A stretch of DNA of 60,667 bases, from IMG/VR virus record IMGVR_UViG_3300023235_000002; one strand, written 5' to 3'. The stretch comes from a virus. The position numbers were made by a program, and so were the translations under genes. The notes beneath the pieces are model-generated. The model was not told where the DNA came from. It made no database searches and saw only the letters and a list, made by a program, of their open reading frames with translations. Shown here piece after piece: positions 16,542-24,538 of the stretch (its first letter is position 1; every line of letters begins with the position of its first letter).

Positions 16542-18688
16542 TATCTTCTACCATCAGGTTGTATGTCTGCTCTAAAAGTACCATATCTCCAAGTTACTCC
16601 GCTAGATAAATTAGATATCTTCAAACTAGCAGATCTTCCTCTAGCACGTGTATCTATTTTCTGAGTACTTGATGTTACAGAAAAAGGTCCTAAAGAAGAA
16701 CTAACAGACGTATCAGAAGGATAGTCTTTTAATAAAATAGTAACCGTTGCAGTTCCATCTAATCTTTGAAAATCAGGTATAAATCTTCTTACTTTCGTAA
16801 AGTATTCTCCGTCACCTTCTAAATGAAGCATGAACTCTCCAGATTCTATAAAAGAAGTAATAGCAGTAGTTACTCCATCCTCTAATTGATCTATTCCCGT
16901 TTCGTGTTCCCAAAAAGTAGAGGAACCAGAAGTATTAGTTACTCCCTGTATAACTGGAAAAGTAGGTACTCCTGTTTCATAAAAAGAAGTAGCATAAGGT
17001 TTATCATATAAATGTGCGTCATAGTAAGTGGTACGAGATAAAGAACTGGTATACCAAACTTTATCTTGATAGTTATAAGTAACGCATCTATCTATTTCAG
17101 TAGCTGAACTAGAAGCATAAAACCAATGTAATTCATTAAACAAAGAATTGTGACTAGCGTAAGTTAATTTTCCAGCATCATAGTTAAAACCTAGGTCTCC
17201 TGGATTAGCGGTATTAAATACAAAATCTTCTACACTACAAGGAAGTTTAACAACGGTTCCGTTATATCCGTTAAAAGAACCTGAGTCGTCCATCCAGTAA
17301 ACAATACCATCTACAAACACAATGGACTTAGAACTCATTGCTCCACAGTTAGATCCTACTTTTCTAATACTAAAAGTGAAAGGAGCTCCTACATACTGCA
17401 TCGTATACGCAGCGGTATCGGTTAATACTAAAATGTAATCTTTTGCTCTTATGGCACCTACAATATGAGTTCCGTCATCTATCCTAAAAGTACCTGCTGT
17501 ATTAATAGAAGTTGGTTGGTAGTCATTAAAGTCTTCTTGGTCAGAAAATCTTATTAACATTGGATCAAAAGTTGAAGTATCTCCAATAGTTTCCTCTGTT
17601 CCTAAATGTATAAAGTGTCTATCTGTATCTGATACGATGGAAATAGCGGTTTTAGTTGGAGCACCTGTCATAATAGTTGCTCTAGTTTCTAAAGCATTGT
17701 TATTATTTTGTATAGGTTGCCATGTGAACGTTCTTCCATTTAATACAGTAGCAGTTAATATTTGACCAAAATTATCTAAACTCCAACTAGCTGGATCTAG
17801 TTGAACCGTAGAAGATAAGGAAGCTGAACCCCATGCAGTGTAATACTCTACCCCTGCTAAAGTAGAATGAGCGGATCGTGTTCCAGCTACTGCTCTCGTA
17901 ATTCCTGTAAGATCATTAGTTGAAATACCTGTATAGGAAATAAATTCTGCTCCAACTTTAATTACTCCCGATGTTGGAAACCCTGTTGTTGAGGTAAGTG
18001 TAATAGAAGTTCCAGATCCTCCAGTACCTGCAGTGTCATCTAATAAAGCACCATCTAAAGTAGTAGTAAGTCCAGATGCTCCTCCGTAAGCACCTGTTCC
18101 AAATCCAAAGCCGAATGTCTGTCCAATAGGACCTACTTTAACATATCTGTTTATAGTACATGCTCCTGACCCTGCAACAGTAACTCCCGCATTCGTTGCC
18201 ATCGTTATGGTAAATGTATTAATCGTTGCACTAGTTACTTCAAAAGTTTGATCAGTAAAATTCGCTGCAGTATACCCCGCTCCAACTGGAGGAGTTACGC
18301 TAGTAAAAGTAAAGTAGTCCCCTGCAATCATGTTGTGACCCACTAAGTTAATGGTGACCGTTGGTGAGGTATTGGTAGTATCAAACGTTCCTCCCGTTTG
18401 CGCTGTCTCTAAAGGAGTAATATCGTAATACGCTCCTCCATAATAAATGTATAATCCTCGTTGAGTACCAATTACTACATATCTATTGCCATCTAAATCC
18501 GACCACTGGTGCTGTGCTCTGGTAGCACCTGCTAAAGTATTGGTAGTAATTTTAGACCAACCGCCTACTTTTTCAGGGAAGCCATAACGAAAACGTACAA
18601 AATCACCGTCCACATACTGTCCTTCAGCTGCGGTATCGGTTATCTGTTTATTAAAGCCTGGTCTTATATTAATTAAATTTAAAGGCAT
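16541..18688 (-). CDS. Tail tubular protein B / nozzle-like tail protein
   Basis: 715 aa. The N-terminus (RPGFNKQ...GFPEKVGGW) and C-terminus (...WRYGTFRADIQPDGRR) resemble podovirus gp12-type proteins. Weak, from memory. Confidence 0.4.
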   Translation of the reverse strand: MPLNLINIRPGFNKQITDTAAEGQYVDGDFVRFRYGFPEKVGGWSKITTNTLAGATRAQHQWSDLDGNRYVVIGTQRGLYIYYGGAYYDITPLETAQTGGTFDTTNTSPTVTINLVGHNMIAGDYFTFTSVTPPVGAGYTAANFTDQTFEVTSATINTFTITMATNAGVTVAGSGACTINRYVKVGPIGQTFGFGFGTGAYGGASGLTTTLDGALLDDTAGTGGSGTSITLTSTTGFPTSGVIKVGAEFISYTGISTNDLTGITRAVAGTRSAHSTLAGVEYYTAWGSASLSSTVQLDPASWSLDNFGQILTATVLNGRTFTWQPIQNNNNALETRATIMTGAPTKTAISIVSDTDRHFIHLGTEETIGDTSTFDPMLIRFSDQEDFNDYQPTSINTAGTFRIDDGTHIVGAIRAKDYILVLTDTAAYTMQYVGAPFTFSIRKVGSNCGAMSSKSIVFVDGIVYWMDDSGSFNGYNGTVVKLPCSVEDFVFNTANPGDLGFNYDAGKLTYASHNSLFNELHWFYASSSATEIDRCVTYNYQDKVWYTSSLSRTTYYDAHLYDKPYATSFYETGVPTFPVIQGVTNTSGSSTFWEHETGIDQLEDGVTTAITSFIESGEFMLHLEGDGEYFTKVRRFIPDFQRLDGTATVTILLKDYPSDTSVSSSLGPFSVTSSTQKIDTRARGRSASLKISNLSSGVTWRYGTFRADIQPDGRR

Positions 18689-18732
18689 GGTTTATTATAC
18701 CTTACCTAACCTATATGTTAAATAGTCCCTTT

Positions 18733-20325
18733 TTAACTTTTAATTAGTAGTTTATTAAAATCTGCAAAGTAGACATATTTTAAACTTGAAGACCTAACTG
18801 TATTCATAATATCGTCTAAACTATCTACAATAGGGTATCCTGCTAAATTAAAAGAGGTGTTCATAAGAACAGGAATAGGAAACATTTTAAGTATTTTATA
18901 TAAATTATTATTATCGTTTCTATTAACTGTTTGTATCCTACATGTATTGTCTACATGAACTAACGAACTTATAGAATGTTGAGCTAAAGGTCTCGCTTGA
19001 GGAGCATGCATCATAAAGGGGGTGCTTTTTATCCCTGCCATATCAAAATAAGTATCTGCTTTTTCTTCTAGTATAGAACAAGCAAAGGGTCTAAAATGTT
19101 CTCTTTTTTTAATATCGTTCATTATATCTTTAGCATTCTTTAATGTAGGATCTAGTAATAAACTCCTGTTTCCTAAAGCTCTAGGTCCTGCTTCTGCTTT
19201 TCCCTGTATTAATCCTACAACATTACCTTGAGTTAATAACTCTACTACTTCGTTTAAACTTACCTCTTTTAAATATTCATTGTCTTTAAAGGAATAATCT
19301 AAACTATTAATTCTGTTACCGATGTAAATATTTTCTAAAGGATGTATTTTTTGTTTCGCTAAAACATTTATGGCATACACTATACCGATTGAATTACCTC
19401 CGTCTCCACATAAAGGATCAAACCACAAATTACATTCAGGGAATGCTTTATGTAATTTATAGTTGTTAACCACATTAAGTGCAGTGCCTCCTGTAAAAAC
19501 CATATTAGGGTGTTTGTATTTATGTACTAAATTTTTATATTTTTGCTCAAATAATTCTTGGCATGAAGATGCTTGATCTTTAGATTGTGTATCTAAACTT
19601 AATACTTCTTTTCCTGTAAATTCTTCTGGTATCGGCTCAGAGGTACCATACGATTGAAACCCCATAAATTTACCTTCCTCATTTTCAAAACCGTAATGTT
19701 GTGAAACTTTTGAATAAAAAAGACCTAAATCTAAATAATGACTTACATCAAAAACAGTTTCGTCTGTAATGGTAAGCGGTTGTTTAACGACATGTCCTTT
19801 GTTTGTATCAGGGTGATACGTGAGGTCGGGTGCATATTTTTCATTATGTATATCATGTGTATATAATTTTTTATAAATACATTTTGAATCTTCATAACTT
19901 AAATCGTATACAGAACAAGTCTCATGGGTAGATGCTTTATTTTCTAAAAACCAATCACTACCTCTATTATCTACTACAAATACTCTAGCACTTTTAAACT
20001 TAGAATCTACAAATGATTTAAAAGCATGAGTTAAATGATGAGAGGCATGCAAAGAATGAGGTTCATTTATTACTTTGATATTTAGATGTTTTAAATAACT
20101 TTTTAAAAATTGAAGTTCTTCTTTAACAAAATTATAAGAAGACAAAAAACAAAAATCTAATTCTTTATTAAAATAGTTCAAGGAGTTAAGTAAAGAGTTA
20201 AAAGGAAAAAAATTATAGTGTTTCTCTTGGATAACTTTTCTTTCCTCGTTGTAAAAAATAAGTTTTCCATTATCAAATAAAGAAACAGAAGGGTCGTGCC
20301 CTGTTTGTATACCTAATATTTTCAC
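18733..20325 (-). CDS. Carbamoyltransferase (NodU/CmcH/TobZ family)
   Basis: N-terminal MKILGIQTGHDPSVSLFDNGKLIFYNEERKVIQEKH. C-terminal CRIQTVNR...PVLMNTSFNLAGYPIVDS. Confidence 0.8.
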   Translation of the reverse strand: MKILGIQTGHDPSVSLFDNGKLIFYNEERKVIQEKHYNFFPFNSLLNSLNYFNKELDFCFLSSYNFVKEELQFLKSYLKHLNIKVINEPHSLHASHHLTHAFKSFVDSKFKSARVFVVDNRGSDWFLENKASTHETCSVYDLSYEDSKCIYKKLYTHDIHNEKYAPDLTYHPDTNKGHVVKQPLTITDETVFDVSHYLDLGLFYSKVSQHYGFENEEGKFMGFQSYGTSEPIPEEFTGKEVLSLDTQSKDQASSCQELFEQKYKNLVHKYKHPNMVFTGGTALNVVNNYKLHKAFPECNLWFDPLCGDGGNSIGIVYAINVLAKQKIHPLENIYIGNRINSLDYSFKDNEYLKEVSLNEVVELLTQGNVVGLIQGKAEAGPRALGNRSLLLDPTLKNAKDIMNDIKKREHFRPFACSILEEKADTYFDMAGIKSTPFMMHAPQARPLAQHSISSLVHVDNTCRIQTVNRNDNNNLYKILKMFPIPVLMNTSFNLAGYPIVDSLDDIMNTVRSSSLKYVYFADFNKLLIKS

Positions 20326-20332
20326 GTGACTA

Positions 20333-20851
20333 TTAATTGTACCAAAGAGGAATAGTGTATCTAAACCCTGATTTTATTATATCCACCGCATGTTCATTTT
20401 TATAACCACTATCAAACATAACAAAATCTAATGCTTTTGGTTTGTATCGTTCTCCATCTTTAAATACTAACTCTCCTCCTTCGTAGTCATCATTAAGATA
20501 CAAGATACTGGAGTAGTTCATTAAATCTTTTCTTCCATCAGAAACATCTTTTTTTTGGTCTATGTGAAAGCTCATATGATGACCCTCTTTCCACCTACAT
20601 AAAATAGGATCTTGAAAAGGATAACATTTTGTATTAAAAAAATGATCTACGAAAAAACAACCTTTTGAAGTTATATATTTTAATATTTCTTTTATTTGAG
20701 GATTGCTTATATCCATTATATGTAAACTTCTTTCTGCATGTCCAGGGGAAAAATCAGTGCACAATCTTTGATTCTTATCCCAGTATTTCATAAGTATCTC
20801 GGCTTCATAAGGTTTGATAAAGTTATGAATTTGTATTCTTACATCATCCAT
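20333..20851 (-). CDS. 2OG-Fe(II) oxygenase, prolyl 4-hydroxylase-like
   Basis: SFHIDQ (HxD), YLNDDYEGGELVF, distal NEHAV, RYTIPLW. Confidence 0.7.
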   Translation of the reverse strand: MDDVRIQIHNFIKPYEAEILMKYWDKNQRLCTDFSPGHAERSLHIMDISNPQIKEILKYITSKGCFFVDHFFNTKCYPFQDPILCRWKEGHHMSFHIDQKKDVSDGRKDLMNYSSILYLNDDYEGGELVFKDGERYKPKALDFVMFDSGYKNEHAVDIIKSGFRYTIPLWYN

Positions 20852-21437
20852 TTGGCATAACTTCTAAATTAAAAGAAAGAGAGACCCTAGGTTCATCACT
20901 CATACTTTGACTAACTGCATGTTTTAAATAAGAAGGAAATATAATTATATCATTTACTTTAGGTGTCACTATGTGAACAGAATGAAAATCGGAGCTACCT
21001 GATATATAAGAGCTATAGTGAGGGGACATTAAATTAACAGGTGAATTTTCATTATAAAATTCTAACTTCCCAGAATTAACAGGTGTCTTTAAATAAAAAA
21101 CTCCTGAAAAACTACTTCCTGCATGAGTATGAATGGTATTAGAAGAGTGTTGGTAATTTTCATTAATCCAACAATTACCTAATCTAATGTTTACAGGTTT
21201 TAATTGAGTGTCTTGAATAATAGACAAGTAGTTGGATAAATGGGTCACTACCAGTTGAGAAGTTTCTTCCAAAACTTTTTTATTTTTAATGTCGGGTGTT
21301 TGGAAACCTCCTACATTGCTTTTAACAACTCCCTTTTGTTGTTTGCATACCTCTAACTCTTCTAAGATAAGTTTATTATAAGTAGGATTGTAATTACTAG
21401 ACCTATAAATAGAAATAGTAAAAATATCTTTCTTCAT
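20844..21437 (-). CDS. 2OG-Fe(II) oxygenase (TIGR02466-like family)
   Basis: CWINENYQ..NTIHTHAGSSFSGVFYL...IIIFPSYLKHAV...RVSLSFNL. Confidence 0.65.
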   Translation of the reverse strand: MKKDIFTISIYRSSNYNPTYNKLILEELEVCKQQKGVVKSNVGGFQTPDIKNKKVLEETSQLVVTHLSNYLSIIQDTQLKPVNIRLGNCWINENYQHSSNTIHTHAGSSFSGVFYLKTPVNSGKLEFYNENSPVNLMSPHYSSYISGSSDFHSVHIVTPKVNDIIIFPSYLKHAVSQSMSDEPRVSLSFNLEVMPNG

Positions 21438-21439
21438 TT

Positions 21440-21661
21440 TTATTTTTCTTTGTAAAAATCAGATACTTTAGTAGGCTTGTTTCTCAAATCAGGTCTAAAG
21501 TTTATATTAAATTTTCCTAAAGCATGAGCAAAAATATTGGTAAAATTTTTAAATGCTTCAGCACTAAAGTGTATTCTTCCATAGCACAAAACAATAAATC
21601 TTTCTCTAAAGGAAAATTTTATGTCAGCGGATCCGTCTTTCTTAGATTGTATAATATTCAT
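21440..21661 (-). CDS. Hypothetical protein
   Basis: 73-aa co-oriented ORF. Confidence 0.5.
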   Translation of the reverse strand: MNIIQSKKDGSADIKFSFRERFIVLCYGRIHFSAEAFKNFTNIFAHALGKFNINFRPDLRNKPTKVSDFYKEK

Positions 21662-21685
21662 GAGAGATCGATACCATAATTAAAT

Positions 21686-22183
21686 TTAATAGTCAATTAT
21701 CCAACACACAACATTAGACAATGTATCAGAAGTATTCTCAAGGAAAGAATAATTTAGACAAGAATCATATATTATATATCGTCCTTTTTTTTCTGGTATT
21801 AGCTTTCCAAAATCATTAAAATAAACGCCATCAAAGTCTTGATTATCTAAAAATAATAAACCAATTAGTTGATTGATGTACTTATTATGTTTTTTCTTAA
21901 AAGGATAATCTTTATTAATTTGATGTACACTCACTGATTTAATAACTATACCGCCATTAACAATTTGTTGTGTATCGTTATTAATACTTGTTATAAATGT
22001 TTGAAAAATTTTATTGTTTTGAAAAAAATTATCTTTAGATGTTTTTACACCTGTATCGTTGACCCATTGATTTTTTTTAAAATTACAAATTTGTTCTTTT
22101 AATTCGTCACATAAACTAGTGTTAGGTAAATCATTAGTAAAAAGGGTAGTATTAATTTTTACTTCATTTTGAGCATAAAACAT
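21686..22183 (-). CDS. Degenerate 2OG-oxygenase-like paralog (metal-binding His residues not evident)
   Basis: LIGLLFLDNQDFDGVYF...GRYIIYDS mirrors the P4H-like spacing, but HxD and the distal His are absent. Confidence 0.3.
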   Translation of the reverse strand: MFYAQNEVKINTTLFTNDLPNTSLCDELKEQICNFKKNQWVNDTGVKTSKDNFFQNNKIFQTFITSINNDTQQIVNGGIVIKSVSVHQINKDYPFKKKHNKYINQLIGLLFLDNQDFDGVYFNDFGKLIPEKKGRYIIYDSCLNYSFLENTSDTLSNVVCWIIDY

Positions 22184-22184
22184 T

Positions 22185-22760
22185 TCATTTTTTTTTATTT
22201 CTTATTACAGCAGGAGCTCCTAAACAATAACGTTTGTCCAACATCCATTCTTTATTAGAACCCTCTTTATCTACGTAATGCATAAAAACTTGAGAGCACC
22301 AATCTCCTTTAAATTCTTCTCTCCAATGCTTGAGTTCACATCCTAAATAAACTACCGCATCCCCTGCCTCTAACTCACAAGGAGTTCCTTCTACAAAAAT
22401 AGGCCACTTAATAACATCTGACCCTAAATTAACTGTAACGCTAATTTCACATGATGGTCTGTCTTTATGTGGAGGAAGTTCCGCATATTGAGTGTACATC
22501 CTCCAGAGAGTATAAGTAGGAAGTAATTGTTTACCTGTTATTTCTTCCATATGTTTTTTCTTCATCATCATAGCAGTCTCCATTACAGGATCTCCATAAA
22601 AAGAAGTATCTAAAGTAGTTAAGTGTGTATTAACGATAGGGTCCATAGATTGTTCTAAAGAATGTTTTATTTTAGTATGCCCACATAACAATTCTGCTAC
22701 TTCTGGACTTAAAAAGTTTTTTATTACTTTGTATTTAAAATCTTTTCCTATAATGCCCAT
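22185..22760 (-). CDS. 2OG-Fe(II) oxygenase superfamily protein
   Basis: PPHKDRP (HxD) ... GDAVVYLGCELKHWRE (distal His). Confidence 0.6.
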   Translation of the reverse strand: MGIIGKDFKYKVIKNFLSPEVAELLCGHTKIKHSLEQSMDPIVNTHLTTLDTSFYGDPVMETAMMMKKKHMEEITGKQLLPTYTLWRMYTQYAELPPHKDRPSCEISVTVNLGSDVIKWPIFVEGTPCELEAGDAVVYLGCELKHWREEFKGDWCSQVFMHYVDKEGSNKEWMLDKRYCLGAPAVIRNKKK

Positions 22761-23341
22761 GATACTACCGAATACCTTGTTCCTTTTGTTACTGATTCTA
22801 CTGTGTGAGGGTACATAAAATTACTTGGCCAAATAATTAATTTATTTCTTTTTGTTTTTATATTAATTTTTTGTTCTTCTTTAGGTAGATGAAAACAAAG
22901 ATCTCCTCCTTCATAATCATCATTGACTAAAAAAATCATAGAATACGTTCTTGGTGTAGTTGTACCATGATCTACATGAGGTTTGTAAAAACCTGCATCT
23001 TCATATTTTAAAACTGAAATATTTTCTAAATGATATCCTTTCCAACTGATATCAAATCGGTTTAAGTAATCAGTTAAATGGTACTTAAATATAGCTATAA
23101 ATCTATTGCACCAATGAATATCTGTAAGTAACTTATTGTTTTGATGTGAGATATTATAAATCCATGTTCTTCTTATATTAAAATCTACCAGTCCTTGTTC
23201 CTCACTTGAATCTCCTGCAATGCCTGCTTGAGCAAATTTTCTAGAATCTAAAACTCTTCTAAAAACATCTAAAGATGTCTCTGGTAGTACATCATCATAG
23301 GCTACTATAAATTTTGCTATATCCATGTTTTCTTTTTCCAA
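22748..23341 (-). CDS. 2OG-Fe(II) oxygenase, prolyl 4-hydroxylase-like
   Basis: PHVDHG (HxD), FLVNDDYEGGDLCF, FMYPHTV, RYSVVSW. Confidence 0.7.
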   Translation of the reverse strand: MEKENMDIAKFIVAYDDVLPETSLDVFRRVLDSRKFAQAGIAGDSSEEQGLVDFNIRRTWIYNISHQNNKLLTDIHWCNRFIAIFKYHLTDYLNRFDISWKGYHLENISVLKYEDAGFYKPHVDHGTTTPRTYSMIFLVNDDYEGGDLCFHLPKEEQKINIKTKRNKLIIWPSNFMYPHTVESVTKGTRYSVVSWAL

Positions 23342-24039
23342 AACCCTGTTTTATAATTCATAAATAAACGAAATCCATAAACAATTTTATCTAACAACTG
23401 TTTTTTATCATTAATAGTTTCTATTTTCATTTTCCAAGATTCTCTTTTAAAAGGAATTACTTGTACATAATTTGTACCCTTTTTAACTAAACTTTTCAAG
23501 GTATCGTATTTATCTCCGTTTAAAATAAAAGGGAAATTTACTCTATTATGAAAGGTATCTGTATCCACGATTCCAGGCATAATAGAAAACCTATCATCGG
23601 TATTATTTAAGGGAGGAACAAATAAACAAGAATACCCTGGTGGCGTTTTTATAATCCAAGGATTTAATATTTTAAATATTGAGGAAGCTTTATTTTTATG
23701 TACTAAAGGAGAACTTTTACCTAGTTGAGTGTAAGGATGAACGTCTGTATTTGTACCTTTATTAAGATTAAAAGAATCGTATACTTCGTTACTAGTATTT
23801 GCAAAGGTAATATTTGCTTCTCCTGTTTTTTTAAAATAAATTTCAAAGTCTTGAGGAACCTCTAAAACATATCCAGAGGTTAAAGTGTCTAAAAAGGGAA
23901 GGCACCCTTTTATAGTTTTATTATCAAACGAATGATTAAGTTTTTTAAACCATTCGGGTATATTATACTTTATGGGTTTTGGGTAATGTTCTTTTAAATC
24001 TACGTATTCTTTAGTAGCTATAAACTCTATGTTATTCAT
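23317..24039 (-). CDS. Hypothetical protein, possibly cupin-like
   Basis: 240 aa. PEWFKKL...TIKGCLPFLD...NPWIIKTPPGYSCLFVPP...GIVDTD. Family not identified. Confidence 0.5.
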   Translation of the reverse strand: MNNIEFIATKEYVDLKEHYPKPIKYNIPEWFKKLNHSFDNKTIKGCLPFLDTLTSGYVLEVPQDFEIYFKKTGEANITFANTSNEVYDSFNLNKGTNTDVHPYTQLGKSSPLVHKNKASSIFKILNPWIIKTPPGYSCLFVPPLNNTDDRFSIMPGIVDTDTFHNRVNFPFILNGDKYDTLKSLVKKGTNYVQVIPFKRESWKMKIETINDKKQLLDKIVYGFRLFMNYKTGFWKKKTWI

Positions 24040-24079
24040 TTAACATTAGTTTATACCCAAATATAAAATAAATGCAATA

Positions 24080-24538
24080 CTAAATCAGTTCTAATAAGCT
24101 ATAGTAAGGCTGAGACGAGTCCTCTAATAGTTGAGGTACTGTTTTTGCCAATGGATAGGTTTTTGAAGAAGCATCAATATTGGATATGTTGGTCTTAAAA
24201 GTGTTCCATAGATTAAAATCAACATGGTCTTTATTTTTTCTTAACCAAATATTTAAAGTATTAATCATTTGTTTTTTTTCTTCGTTTAAACCAGCTTCAT
24301 CAATGAAACTGAAAGTAGATGAAATATCATCGTATAGAACATTATCTGAATCATCATACCTTATATTTACATATAATAGTTTTTGAACATTATTAAATAC
24401 ATTGTCTGTTACAGTTATAACTTTGTATAAATCTTGGTTGATATGTAAATTTGATAAAGAATTATCGGATGCTGCTATACGAACTATAGTCCCTACAACG
24501 TTTGCACAATCTTTATTAAAAATAAAATGTTTAGCCAT
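24080..24538 (-). CDS. Hypothetical protein immediately downstream of the fibre gene (fibre assembly factor?)
   Basis: 152 aa. 1-nt stop/start overlap with the fibre gene. Confidence 0.5.
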   Translation of the reverse strand: MAKHFIFNKDCANVVGTIVRIAASDNSLSNLHINQDLYKVITVTDNVFNNVQKLLYVNIRYDDSDNVLYDDISSTFSFIDEAGLNEEKKQMINTLNIWLRKNKDHVDFNLWNTFKTNISNIDASSKTYPLAKTVPQLLEDSSQPYYSLLELI

